DNA of 64,000 nucleotides from Felis catus. Its lineage: Eukaryota. The stretch is from assembly GCF_018350175.1 (NCBI RefSeq), contig NC_058369.1, positions 3,226,001 through 3,290,000 on the forward strand. Direction: 5' to 3'. The translations under genes and the position numbers were made by a program. This document shows, piece by piece, positions 47,251 through 59,438 of this stretch. A model generated the notes under the pieces. That model was not told the origin of the DNA. It saw nothing but the letters and a program-made list of their open reading frames with translations, and made no database searches. The stretch's first letter is position 1, and every line of letters begins with the position of its first letter.

Positions 47251-49509
47251 AGCCGAGTTTCCCCAGATTGGATCAGTTTCAAAATATTGGCAACACAGAA
47301 GAGGGGAAGGGCTGAGACGGGCCAGGGCACAGCTAACCGGCCCACGTCCTTGGGTCAAAGGCCACGGGACGCATGCCAGAGGCAAAGGGCAGGCCTGAGT
47401 AGGCCTGGTCACAACCGGTGTTTCCTCGGAGGAAAAACTCGCAGATGTGCATACGGGCAGCTGAGGGGTGAACCGCCGAACTCAGAACCATCCGTACAAA
47501 CTAGCGCTCAGATGGGGGCTCCACGAAGGGAAAGCTGGGGGGATGGGTTGAGGGGTAAACAGCACTGGCTCCTCGGTTCACTCGCTAAGTTCTGGGGTCT
47601 CAGAAATGTGACAGCCCCCAGTTTCTGAAACTGAGCAGGGAGCTGCTACGAAACTCCTCACCTCACATGCTATTATTCAGAGGCACGTGGACTATAATTA
47701 AGTGTCCCATGGCTCTGCCTTCACACAGAGCCAGCTAAGTAGGGAGAAGAGCGCCCAGGCACGCTGACTGGTCTTTAATCAACACAGGGTTCTGAGTCAG
47801 AGGTGAACTTGCCACCTCACGCTCGGCGGGCACGGGGAGCAGAAGCAGAACACGATGCCCGCTTGAGAGGTCCTGGTTTGTTAACGAGAATACGCAGGAC
47901 GCTGCCTGGTTACAGAGAGCCTCCGTGACGGCGAACAGGGTCCTGTGAGGGCGGTCAGGTTCCCCCAGCTTCACGGACAGGCCTGGGAAGCGGTGGGGTT
48001 TAAGGAGGCCCCAGGTTCCTTTGGGGGAGGGCAGTCTCACCCCTGTTCTGTAGCTCCCCAGTCCGGGCCTAAAACACCAGGCTGGTTACTCTACCCGTCC
48101 AGCAAGCTGGCGGCCCAAAGCCGAGTGGAAAGAGCAGGCTGGTCTGTCCACCAAGGGAGCGGGACGGGAACATCTCGGTCCAGGGTCCCACAGGGATGCC
48201 ACTGGTTCAAAGGTCTTCTTACAAAGGGAGTCAGCAGAGTTGCTTCCGGCAAAGTTGGACTTAATCCAGATCCCATCTCACGTGGACACAGTAACAACCA
48301 AAGCCATCCATCCCCGCGTGTGCTGCCCCAAGGCAGAGGGTCTTCCGGCAGTTAGCCTGCAGCTGCTGAGCTCAAGGGCCTGGGGCAGGGACCCCACTTT
48401 GCCTGTTGTGCTCAGCACGCAGGTTCCGTGCTTTAATTCCCGCTGATGAGGGAGCTACACGGTCCAGCTTTTTGCATCTGAGGTCACTCCATATTTATTA
48501 CTTAACAGGCTAAACCCTTTGCTAGGAAATCGAGTGGGATTCCACACAATAAGGTTTAAAAAATAGGTCAGAGCAGGCAGGATCTGGGGGCGTTCCAAAC
48601 ACCAGCCACATCTCCCTGATACTAATCACTCTAAAGGTTGGGGTCCTGGGTGCCCCGGCCCTTTCCCCACCTCATGCCTCTCAAAGGAAGTCTGATCTTT
48701 CCTCCTCGGCACAAACCCAGGGCCTAGCAAGCATCCAACGAACTTCAAAGCTCTGGGATATGGCAGTCGTGAATTTTCCTCCTAGCTCTCACAGAACCAA
48801 TCTTTCAGGCCAAAAAAAAAAAAAAAAAAAAAAAAAAAGGAGAGAGAAAGAGAGAAAAGAAAAAAAAAAAGTCAAGCCAGCATTCCAGGCGGCTGCCAAC
48901 TCTATCCCTAGTTACACTCTCAAATCTGGCCCAGCCACAAGAAATATCAGAAAGCAGTTAGCAGTTTAGGTCTGGAAATTAATGTCATTTACGATGAGAA
49001 ATGAACTTCCCAGTCTGGATCTTGTTAGTGGGGTCTCCTTACCCTCCTTAGGTCCCCAGAAATATTCAGACTAAAGCATCGCCCCCAGTCCTATATGTAC
49101 ATAAGTACCAGATGGGTGGTAGGACTGAGGCCTCAGACAGATGCCTGTTCCTTCCAGCATTTTCCTCTACAGATCCTTCACCGTGCCTCAGCCCAGCGGT
49201 GGCCAGTTTGCAACAAGAAGTAAAAGCTCACCAACTTCCCATTCAAGTCCAAACCAACCCTATGCGAGACTTGAACGTTGTCACCAGAGGTGAACTGGCA
49301 CGGATTCTGCCGGGATATTGCCAGATACTAACAACTGGTTCGTTATCAGTATCGGCAGTGAGATCAGAAACTTTTAATCAGTATCACAGCGTCAACTAGG
49401 AACCAAGCCTCTCCATTGCCCCTGGCTCTCCCACGTCCACCTGGCTTCTAGTTCTCAATTTAGAAACAACACTGTTACAAGCCTCTGCCTCGAAGAGCCT
49501 GTTTCAAAG

Positions 49510-49767
49510 CACTGTTTCTCAACCTCAGCGCTGCTCCTCACATTTGGGGCCAGATAATTCTTTGTTGTGGGGAAGGCTGGCTGCGTACCGTGAGGTGTTC
49601 AGCAACCATCCCCGGCCCCTACCCACTCGATGCCAGCAGCACCCTCTCCCCAAGCAGTGACGACCAAAAACCGTCTCTGACATTGCCAAATGTCCCTAAG
49701 CGGGTGCATGGGGGTGGGGGGCAGAGGGAAGGGGGGCAGGGTTAGTCACCCCAGCTGAGAAGCAACG
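49510..49767 (+). mobile_element. MER20-like (hAT-Charlie) element
   Basis: CACTGTTTCTCAACCTCAGC...TTTGGGGCCAGATAATTCTTTGTTGTGGGG...GACATTGCCAAATGTCCC. Confidence 0.75.
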
Positions 49768-50013
49768 ATGCAAGCTTCTACCTTCTGAAAAATACCAGGT
49801 GCCAAAAGGCACTCTGGGGTTCTGACAACGTGGGATCTGGATGCTGAGTTCTACGTGCCTGTCTCTCTGGGTATATGCGGTTATCTGTGTTTTGAAAACT
49901 AAGGAAAGCAGGTAGCTATCGCAAGAATGGCCCAGGAGAGATTTTGTTGTCGTTGTACTGTTTTCGTTTGTTTGTTCTGGTATAATTATTGTCACTCTTC
50001 TCAAATCTTAAAG

Positions 50014-50195
50014 CAGAGTTTCTCAATCTCAGCACTAATGACGTCTGGGCCCAGATAATTCTTGGGGGTGGAGGCTGCCCAGTGCGTTACGGGGTGTTGA
50101 GCGGCATCCCGAGCCTCCACCCACTAGATACTAATAGGAACCCAAGTTGTGACAACCCAAAATGTCTCCAGATATTGCCAATGTCTCCTGGAGAG
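50014..50195 (+). mobile_element. MER20-like element
   Basis: CAGAGTTTCTCAATCTCAGCACT...CAGATAATTCTT...GTGACAACCCAAAATGTCTCCAGATATTGCC. Confidence 0.75.
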
Positions 50196-51522
50196 TAGAG
50201 AGAAATGTCCCAAGTCTTTTTGTGTAAAAGGGGAGTGCATTTACGCTTAGGCCAGATTGAGACTGGCCGGCTGAAAGCATTATCGCCTGCTCACGCCGTG
50301 AGAGCTCAAGAGACATCAGCTGCCTCCTCATACCATTCTCCAGAACGCCCTCCTCAACAGCTGACCCTCTTCTGAGGACAAGGGGGTGAGAGGGGGGTCA
50401 CTGAGCGCAGACAAGAAACCCACAAGGAGACGCTGGACTTGCCCTGATAAACAAGAGATGCTGGGGGACTGTGGAAACTATTGCAGAAGGGAATGGAGTG
50501 CAGCCAGCATGATTCTTGAGAGCACCACTCAGCAGAGCTGGATCTGGAGGCCAAGACAACCGCTCCCAGAGTAGGACGTGGCCATCGCAATTCTTTGGGG
50601 ACGGGCCTCACGGAAGGGTGAGATCACAAGTTGATCCACGCCGCGCTTTCCAGGTTTCGACACGCTTCTCACAGATCTGAACGCGGGCCACCTGCTTCCC
50701 GCTGAGAGAAGGAGCCCTGGTGGCCGGTCCGAGCGGCCTAGCTAGCTCCTCTGGCACCGTGGGTCTGCTTGGGACCGTCCGGGCCACCAGCATGGGCCCT
50801 GACAGCTGGGGGTTGGGAGGAGAGGGCTTCTCCTGCAGGAGGGACTACATCAAGGTCCAGACAGCAGGCAGCCATTCCCAGGTGCTCCGGTCGAGCCCTG
50901 GGGGTCTGGCGCCTGTTGGGCAGGGTCTAACCCAGGGCCGGGTCACTTAATTCCATCCTGCTGGGGCAAAGGGCTGTACCCTCAGCAATAATCCTAGAAC
51001 CCCTCTGGATTCAGTCTCTGTTCCTCCAGGGGTCAGCCATCATCTAGGGTCGGCCCCGAACACCAGGGTCATGACTTTTCCATCAAGGGACAAAAGGTAC
51101 CAGCTGTGTGACTGTGGACTCGTTTCTCTTCCCTCCCACTGGACTTCTCCAAACCGTGGGGAAAGCCTGGTTGGCCACCAGGGCCCACACGATCCCTAAG
51201 ATGGTCGCTGGTTCTGTGGATTCCACCCACACAAAGTCCACACCTACGGTTCTGAACCTGGGATGGAGGAACCAGTGGGATTCAAGGAATCTGGGGCTTC
51301 CTGGATCTGGATTAATAAACTGAATTTCCCACGTGCCCAGCTTTCCGGAGAGTGGCTCTGCAGCTTTCCCCAGATTGATGAGCAGTGGGGCCTGGCCGTT
51401 CCAAAAAACCTATCCTTATCGGTCACAGGTAACACACATAAACGACTGGGTTCAGCATTCCACCTCTGGGAGTTTATCCTACAAATCCAATCCCACCTGT
51501 GACCAGAGACAGTCACTGGCTA

Positions 51523-51981
51523 GGGGCGCCTGGGTGGCTCGTTCAGTTCAGCGTCTGACTTCGGCTCAGGTCATGATCTCACGGTTCGAGGGTTCAAGCC
51601 CCGCGTCAGGCTCTGTGCTGACATCTCGGAGCCTGGAGCCTGCTTCGGATTCTGCATCTCTCTCTCTCTCTGCCCCTCCCCTAGCTCACGCGCACTCTCT
51701 CTCTCTCCCTCCTTCAAAAATAAATAAAAACAGGGGCGCCTGGGTGGCTCCGTCGGTTAAGCCGCCGACTTCGGCTCAGGTCACGATCTCATGGGCCGTG
51801 GGTTCGAGCCCCGAGTCGGGCTCTGGACTGACGGCTCAGAGCCTGGAGCCTGCTTCGGATTCTGTGTCTCCCTCTCTCTCTGCCCCTCCCCCATTCATGC
51901 TCTGTCTCTCTCTGTCTCAAAAATAAATAAACGTTAAAAAAATAAAAACATTAAAAAAAATTTTTTTAATAAAAAAAAAAA
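51523..51981 (+). mobile_element. Nested Can-SINE pair: second SINE (51733-51939) inserted in the A-tail of the first
   Basis: Outer TSD AGTCACTGGCTA 51511-51522 / 51986-51997; inner TSD AAATAAAAACA 51722-51732 / 51940-51950. Confidence 0.88.
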
Positions 51982-52759
51982 AGAGAGTCACTGGCTATTC
52001 AGATCAGTATTGTTTGTAGAAAAGGGCTGGAAACAATCCGCACGTCGGTCAACAGACGCCTGGTATGCCATGAGTCCATTAAGAGACCAAAGAAATTCTA
52101 GGGCCGTAGTCCCGGGGTAGGGGTAAGGGGGGAGTTCTCCGGGGGGGGGGGCATCTGGTAGCACAGGGAGGTATCTGTGCTGTCAGGATGGGGGAGGGGG
52201 TTCTTCTGGTAGCAAGCGGGGGAGGGCCAGGCTGCCCCCCCCCGCCCCGGCAGGGAACCATTTGAGATGGAGAATTCCAGCTCTAATGTCATCGCCAAGA
52301 CCCCGAAGGAAAAGCACGCAGGACTCTGTAGACCATGTTACCACCAGGCGTGTGTGTTTTTAAAGGAAAGGCATCAGCGCGTCTTCGGAGGGAGGCATGA
52401 ACCGTCCGTGACCGTCTTTGCCACTGGGGAAAGGGACTGGACGCCTGAGGGACCAGAGGGGGAAACTGACCTTCCATTCCACCCTCTGGCACAACCTTGT
52501 ACCGGCCCCATCAAAGGGGGGGTTGGTTTGTTTGCTTTTAAGTGCCACTCCAGACGCGAAGTTTCCCTGCCCCTGGGCTCTCTGGCAAGAGTCCCGTGTC
52601 GACAGCCTCAGGAGGGTTTCTTCCCCTTCCTTCTTGCCTCCCTCCTTGACCTTTCAGAGGAGAGGAGGGGAGGCGAAGAGGGGTCCAAGTCCCGGGTCAA
52701 GCTCTGGGTGCGTTTCTGCCCCTCCTGGGGGTCTGCCCACCCTCCTCGAGGAGACTGGA

Positions 52760-53400
52760 GCCCACATGGCGGGCTGGGCCTGGGTCACCTCGCTCGCAGC
52801 CCCTGTCCCTCCTGGGCTCTGCTCACCGAGCGGGGGACGCGTGCCAACGTCGCCCCCCTCGGTGCCCGCGGCCCCCTCCCGAGTCGGGGTCGGGCCTGGT
52901 CTGACCCCCGAGTCCGGGCAGCCCGGGGCCCGAGGCTCACTCCCCGCCTCGGCCTCCGCTCACCTGGCTCGCCTTGTAGAACTGCTTCTTCAGCCCCGCC
53001 ACCGACATGCTGCCTTCCGTCGTGGGGGCTCCCGCCCGAACCGGAGGGACCGCGCAAGCGACAAGCTCCCGGGCGCCGCCGACACCCCGCGCGCCTCAGC
53101 GGGCCCCCTCGGCGCCGCCTCCACCGCCCTCTCGCCAGCTCCGCGCCCGCCCCAGCGCCGCCTCAGCCCCTCGCGCGCCCGCGCGGCCAGGATATTACAT
53201 GGCAACCGCACACTTCCGGTGCCGGCTTGCGCGCGCCCCGGGCCCCGACTGCGCACGCGCGCCCCCTGCCGGCCAGAGAACGCACGCGCACTTCGCCTGC
53301 CCTGTGGCGGCCGCCTCCGCCAGCGAGGAGACAGGAGAGAGCCTAGAGAGTCCGCGGAGGCTGCAGCGACCCCTGGGGTCGCGGAGGTAGTCTTAACGTT
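52760..53400 (-). promoter_or_regulatory. SH3GL1 promoter CpG island
   Basis: CpG-dense around exon 1; ETS site CACTTCCGGT 53211-53220; RFX-like ATTACATGGCAAC 53194-53206; NRF1-like TGCGCACGCGC 53250-53260. Confidence 0.8.
52964..53008 (-). CDS. SH3GL1: SH3GL1 exon 1 (MSVAGLKKQFYKASQ, amphipathic H0 helix)
   Basis: ATG at 53008-53006, GTGAG donor, 45 nt, within a CpG island. Confidence 0.96.
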
Positions 53401-55239
53401 TAAAGGAAAGGCGCTTAAATCCTTCCGGGGAGGTTGGGAGGCTGAAGGTTTACAAATCTCCAGGTACCTGTTTGCTAATCTCGGCTAACCCAGTTCTGCG
53501 CGCGGTTAGTCCCTCCCCCCCACACCGCCTTCCACCCTGCAGCGTGCTCATCCATTCAGTGGCCCAAGTCAGACATCAGCGTGTCACTTCTCCTTTCTAT
53601 ACCCACTGTCCTCCCTGCCCTGACCAGACCATCCCACCAGCCTCCTCTTGGTATGCCCACCTGCAGGTTCCCCTCTAATTTCCCCCCTAAAACACAGACA
53701 GAAAGATGCTCTATAACACAATTTCTATCATATCAGTCTACTGACCTCAGAATACCCTCAACTTCCTAGCATGGCCTACAAAGCTTGCAAATTTTGGCTC
53801 TATCAACCCTTCCGACTTCAGCTCTCTTCCTTTTCTATAACCCATGATCCCTGTTTCCGGTTGACCTTTGCTAGTGTTGTTCCTTTCTTGCGTATTCTCC
53901 CCCAACCTTTCCCCCTGATCCTTTGTGTAAAAGAGAAATCTGTTTGGAATGTCACCGTCTTCAGGAAGGAAGTCTTCCCAGATTGATACATGTTACTTGA
54001 TAGTTTTTACATCAGTTTTTATTGAATTCAATTAATTGGAAGTTGCTAATGAATTGGAATGAACAAGTTAATCCAAAAAGAGGAACAAGAAAGTGCTAGA
54101 GCTGAAGTGTTTGCGACTTCAGTACCGAAATCTCCGACAGATTTGGGTGCTTTTTCTCGAACAAAGATTGCTGGAAGCTTCCAATGGCCTCAACAGAGGA
54201 TACTGCACTAACAGGATTGTTTCAGAATACATATGCCGCAACCTCCCTCCCAAAGGTCCTGATGAGACTGTTGTGAATAGTTTTTAAAAATTTCCCACGT
54301 GATTCTGAGAGGCACTCTCAATCGTGATCCACTGGCTTCAATCATTGCCTGATGCCAGAATGTCACGATTCATATGGGGAAACTCAGGCTTTGAGTAAGA
54401 CATGACTTGCCCAAAGTGATATTCCTAAGTTCCCTCTTTCTCCACATTACTTCCAAACAATTCGGCTTTAATTATCCAATCTACAGAATGGGTAGAATCC
54501 CAAAGTTGGACTAAATTTCAGTGTTCTTTCATCACTTCTCAGATTGGAGCTAAAGAAAACCTACTCTAAGGCTCACAGGTTGATAGAAGACCTCTGCTCT
54601 GTGGGAGCCTTTTAACCTACACGGTCACACAGTCCAATCAAATGAAGTTTATGCATTTGCTCAGTGACTCTTTATTGAGGGCTTGCTAGTGTGTCAGTCA
54701 CTGAGAGGTCGTGGGGATACAGTGATAAGTTATTCCTGCTCTCGTGGAGCTAGTGACAAAGATAATAAATCAAATAATGCGCTAATCAAACATAAGCTGT
54801 AATTGCTTCAAGGAAAAAAACTGCTTGTAAGGAACTTCCATCCGCCTTGTAGGGGAGGAAAGGCTGTCCTGAGGTGCCTATCCCAGATCCAAAAGTTAGG
54901 AAGAAAACCAGGCAGGAAAGGAGCTGCGGAATTTTCTAGGCGAGGAAACCGTGTTTGCAAAAATCCCGAGGATTAAGTCAGTTGGTTCCATTTCATTCAT
55001 TCCCTCTGAACATATTTAGTGCATATTAAATGCTTCTGAAGGGCTGCACAGAATTTACTTGTTTCTTTTTGCTGTATAGCCTTTTTATTGTTTTAACTTT
55101 TTTCTGCATGTAACATTTTCTTTCTGTTGTTCCTATGAAAAGAAACTCATCATTCTAATTTCTGCTGCTATATTCAGTCGATGTCCAGTTGGAAAAAAAC
55201 AAAAACTTCGTTCTCGCTAAACCGCAGTTTCAGGTTGTC

Positions 55240-56000
55240 ACCCGTCACCCTACGTAAAACGTTTCGTCATGACGTAGGAGCCTGGCCCTCCTCCTCCCGC
55301 AGACCTCGCCCACACGCTCAGCCAATCACAGTGTCGAGCTCTCGGCTTGACATCTTCCGCCTCCAATCGCAGGGCACCTCCTCCCCGCCAATGACAGGCG
55401 GCCGAGAGGAAACCCCGGTCGTCCGCGGGAATATCAATAAGGGAGCCATGGGGAGGAATAGAAGCCTCGACTCTCGCGAGGATGCTCCCGGCGCTCCCTT
55501 CTTCCCGAGGCGGGCTGTCACGTGACGCGGCCTCGCCCAATCGCCGCGCGGGCTGCGGGGGTCGCCGCGGTTCCCGCCAAATACGAGCTCGGCGGCCGCG
55601 GCAGCAGCGGCGCGGGCGGGAGGGCGAGCGGCAGTGGCCGCCTGAACGGAGCCCGCGCCTCCGCCGCCTGAGGGGAGCTCGAGCCGCCGCCGGGGCGATG
55701 CTGGAGGAGCTGGAGTGCGGGGCGCCGGGCGCCAGGGGAGCGGCCGCAGGTCGGTTCGGGCCCGCGCCGAGGGGAAGGGGGGGCGCGGCGCGCGGCCTGC
55801 GCAGGCCGAGGTGGCGGTTGGGGGCGGACGGGCCTCCCGGCCCCGGGCCCGCTCCTCTTCGGCGGGCGTTTGGTCGGTGCGGCCGTTACAAGCTGAGCGA
55901 GGGCCTTCGCGACCCGCAGGGCGCCCTCCTTGACGTTATTGTTGCGCCGCGACCATTTTTTTCCCCGGCGCTTTTGCGTCAGTTCGTCCTTCCAGGGCTC
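55240..56000 (+). promoter_or_regulatory. CHAF1A promoter CpG island, cell-cycle type
   Basis: E2F site TTCCCGCCAAA 55571-55581; CCAAT at 55322, 55363, 55388, 55537; palindrome GTCACGTGAC 55517-55526; TCTCGCGAG 55472-55480; CGTCATGACG 55265-55274. Confidence 0.85.
55698..55749 (+). CDS. CHAF1A: CHAF1A coding exon 1 (MLEELECGAPGARGAAA)
   Basis: ATG at 55698, GTCGG donor, 52 nt. Confidence 0.92.
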
Positions 56001-56484
56001 TCTGCGGTGACGGGTCGGTGTGGCCAGGAGGGGAGACTGAGGCCCAGGGAGGCGAAAGGGCTGGCTTTGCAGGTTGCCGAGTGTGTTTGTGCCCCCTGAG
56101 CAAGTCGGACCGTGCAGCGGCCCTCTGGCCGGGTGGGGAAACTGAGGCCCGGGGTCACACGGGTTCGGGGACCAGAACGCTGCGTCTGCGGCTCAGGGCA
56201 AGCCCAGGTAAGAGCCCTGGCTGGTGGGATCGCCAGGGAGCTGGGACTCGGGGGTTCTTGATCCTGCCCGCCGTGCAAGGTGAAGACCTGTCTTCCCCTC
56301 CCCCACCCCGTCTTGGAAGGGGGCTTTCTGGCACCTGGCAGAGCCTCCGAAACGTGGGATGGCGAACCAAGGAAGACCAGACTGCCTGTCTACCTTGCCT
56401 GACTCCCAGTGTATCCCTAGCCCTTGACGCAATGCTTGGCACATAGGAAGTGCCCGACAGATAAGGGTTGACAAGGAAATCAAC

Positions 56485-56686
56485 TAGTCCAACCCAACAC
56501 CTGGGCAGCGTTGACATTGGGGGCTATCCTGTGCACTCCTGGGGTGTTGAGTAGCATCCATGGCCTCCGCCCATTAGATCCCTGTGCCAACCCCTTTTCC
56601 CTATTTGTGACACCAAATACGTATCCAGGTACTGCCAAGGGGCCTCTGGTGGGGGGCGCAGAATCGCCCCCTAGTTGAGAACCATT
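56485..56686 (+). mobile_element. MER20-like element
   Basis: TTGACATTGGGGG...GGTGTTGAGTAGCATCCATGGCCTC...CCCCTAGTTGAGAACCATT. Confidence 0.7.
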
Positions 56687-56813
56687 CCTTCAATTGTTTC
56701 CCGACTTTGAAATTTCAGAGACCTAAAATGCCTACAAATAAAGTTGTGGCTGATTGTCGTCGACAGTCACTTGGTCCCGTAAGAATGTTTAACTAAAAAA
56801 AAAAAAAAAATTA

Positions 56814-56981
56814 GGGGCGCCTGGGTGGCTCGGTCGGTTAAAGCATCCGACTTCGGCTCAGGTCATGATCTCGCGGTCCGTGGGTTCGAGCCCCGCGTCG
56901 TGCTCTGTGCTGACCGCTCAGAGCCTGGAGCCTGTTTCAGATTCTGTGTCTCCCTCTCTCTCTGCCCCTCCCCGACATGCA

Positions 56982-57017
<36 letters not shown>

Positions 57018-58203
57018 AATAAATAAACGTTAAAAAAAAAATTAAAAAGCACTCCCTACTGTGACCCTCCTCTCGTAAAAGGAAGGGATGTTTAAAGGCT
57101 AAATAAAATTAGGAAGGGTGTAATCTTAGGATGAAGAGCATTGGTGATTACACACGAGTGTGTGTGAATTGTACGTGTACCGCTGAACGATCTGGACCCC
57201 TGGGTGGGCTGCTGTTTTGTGTCAGCTTGTAGCTTTGGGCCCCAGGTCACTTGCCTTCCGCTCGCATCAGAGCTGGTGACTCGGGGCCACACCAGTAATA
57301 CTTGGGGTTGTCCTAGAAGTAAATGTAAGTAGCTAGAGATTATGTATCTTCAGTTAAGAGGGGAAGAACATGACTTGGGTAACAGAACTTGAGGATGATG
57401 TTGTCTTGAATTGGGTAGAAAGGAAATGTGCATCCTCGGGGTACTTTTCTTATCTTCTCAGCTTGGGGGACAGCCAAGGTTTTTAGCTTTTTACAAATGC
57501 TCCCTTGGATGTATCTTTTACAAAACTTAGGTAGCATGCCCCAGGTAAGTTTTTTCAAGCCAGATATCCTAGCAGGTGTCAGCTTTCAAACTTACTCTAA
57601 CCCATTTAAGGATATTTTTTCCAAAGACTTAGGTCTGTTTGCCGTCATTTCTGTATCAGCTCTGATATTATTATTAGATGCCTTTCCTGAGATTTTTTTT
57701 TTTTTCATGCAGGAAAACATTCTCCTTTATTTCCTGACAGCACTTTAGCTCCAGCCTGGCAAGATTTATAGATTCTTATTTTAAAACAATAAGCCCTAGG
57801 GGCACCTGGGTGGCTCAGTCGGTTAAGCGTCCGACTTCGGCTCAGGTCATGATCTTACGGTCCGTGAGTTCAAGCCCCGCGTCAGGCTCTGGGCTGATGG
57901 CTCAGAGCCTGGAGCCTGTTTCAGTTTCTGTGTCTCCCTCTCTCTCTGCCCCTCCCCTGCTCATGCTCTGTCTCTCTCTGTATCAGAAATAAACATTAAA
58001 AAAAAAAATTTAAAAAAAAAACAACAATAAGCCCTGTTCTGATTTTATAGATTTGGTAGTGAGGAGGGGTTGGATTGGAGGAGAACATTTTGGGGTCGTT
58101 AATGGTGAAATTGCTAACACATTATTTTCTCTCATCTTTGCTTGCACTCATTCCTTTTTTCTTTTTTTAAAGATTTTTTTTTCAATTTTATTTATTCTGA
58201 GAC

Positions 58204-58274
<71 letters not shown>

Positions 58275-58437
58275 GTGCAGGGGGTGGGGGCAGAAAGAGA
58301 GAGAGAATCCCAAGGAGCTTCTACGCTGTCGGCGCAGAGCCTGACGTGGGGCTTGATCTCACGAACGAACCAAGAGATCATGACCTGATTGAAATCAAGA
58401 TTTGGATGCTTAACCGACTGAGCCACCCAGGCGCCCC
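56814..58437. mobile_element. Three Can-SINEs in CHAF1A intron 1 (56814-57045 +, 57799-58022 +, ~58170-58437 -)
   Basis: SINE heads and tails; TSD AACAATAAGCCCT flanks the 57799 copy; (GA)30 inside the - copy. Confidence 0.88.
58207..58266. repeat. (GA)30 microsatellite
   Basis: Perfect dinucleotide run within a SINE. Confidence 0.95.
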
Positions 58438-58694
58438 GTTGAAGATTTTATTCTTAAGTAATGCCCCACAACTGAGCCAGCGGGTGCCCCATCATTCCCC
58501 TTTCCGCTGTCCCTATCACCGTACTCGTTGGTTTCCCACCGAGTGCCAGTTCTGAGCTAGGTGCCAAGGGTGTGGTATGGAACTCGTCTCCCTGTTGTTA
58601 CAGGCTTCCTGTTGGGAGGGAGACATAATAAACAATGTAACTTTCAGAGCGATGAGTGCAACAAGGAGATGAGAAGATGTGACAGTGTTGAGAG

Positions 58695-59438
58695 CAGAAT
58701 TTCTCGACCTATTAAGATTTGGGGCAGAAAATCCTGTCGTGGGTACTGTCCTGTGTATTTTAGGATATTTAGCAGTATCTGTGTCCTCTAACCCCTAGAT
58801 GCCCCCCCCCCCCCGCAAGACAACCAAAAATTTCCCTAAACGTTGCCAAAGGCCCTGGGGGTAGGGGTGGCAAACAAAAATTGCCCCCACGGGACAACCA
58901 CTTTGGACATAGGAGGTGCTGCATGTGCATTTACTGCTTCAGGATTTCCAGCTTTTAGTAACTTGTCCTTTGGTACTTTTATTCACAGCCATGGATTGCA
59001 AAGACAGACCAGCTTTTCCAGTCAAGAAGTTAATACAAGGTAGCTTTCTGGGAAGGGGTTATATACTGTTCACAATTTATATCCTTCATGGTCTCCTCAG
59101 TTGTGTTTTTACTTTCCTTGGAGCAGAGGCCTTCTGTTGGGGTCGTCCGCAGGAGCATCAAGGGGCCCGTGGGGGGCGTGGGAGATAAACACTCGCCCCT
59201 CCAACTGGAAGGAAACCCATTTGGTTGCATTACTGATTTCTTAGATTCCCAGGAGCAAATCCAGCGGTCACTGCCTTTTGTAGGGTTTCTCTACTTCCGC
59301 TCTGTTGACATTCTGTCCTGTGTATCGTAGAGTTTAGCGGTGTCCCTGGTCACTTTGCCCATGTCATGACAACCAGTGACGTCTCCAGACTTCCCCAGAC
59401 ATTCCCGACAGGCACGCCTTCCCCTGGTTGAACCACTG
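58695..59438 (+). mobile_element. Two MER20-like elements flanking CHAF1A exon 2 (58695-58903 and 59281-59438)
   Basis: CAGAATTTCTCGACC...GACAACCAAAAATTTCCCTAAACGTTGCCAAA; TAGGGTTTCTC...GACAACCAGTGACGTCTCCAGAC...GGTTGAACCACTG. Confidence 0.65.
58989..59039 (+). CDS. CHAF1A: CHAF1A exon 2 (AMDCKDRPAFPVKKLIQ)
   Basis: CACAG acceptor, GTAGC donor, 51 nt. Confidence 0.95.

Larger units (their letters stand above)
22220..53008 (-). other. SH3GL1: SH3GL1 gene span (endophilin A2/EEN; N-BAR + SH3)
   Basis: 10 coding exons sum to 1107 nt (368 aa + stop): MSVAGLKKQFYKASQ...[16 protein letters not shown]; intron 1 spans 27363-52963. Confidence 0.98.

Noticed and set aside
51333..51926. Recurring peptides such as SSPASGSGLMAQSLEPVSDSVSPSLSAPPP and RERQSMNGGGAEREGDTESETGSRL in several ORFs
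   Set aside because: These are translations of Can-SINE sequence, not a gene family.
27400..52900. Many 100-255-aa ORFs in SH3GL1 intron 1 (e.g. 38247..39014, 46512..47249) as a possible nested gene or retrocopy
   Set aside because: High GC explains the ORF lengths; no recognisable protein, consistent exon chain, or poly(A)+TSD retrocopy signature. A BLASTX search would be needed to exclude a decayed pseudogene fully.
52267..53488. Two overlapping ~360-aa ORFs antisense to SH3GL1 exon 1
   Set aside because: Pro/Arg/Ala/Gly-rich stop-poor frames are expected in a CpG island; no homology recognised.
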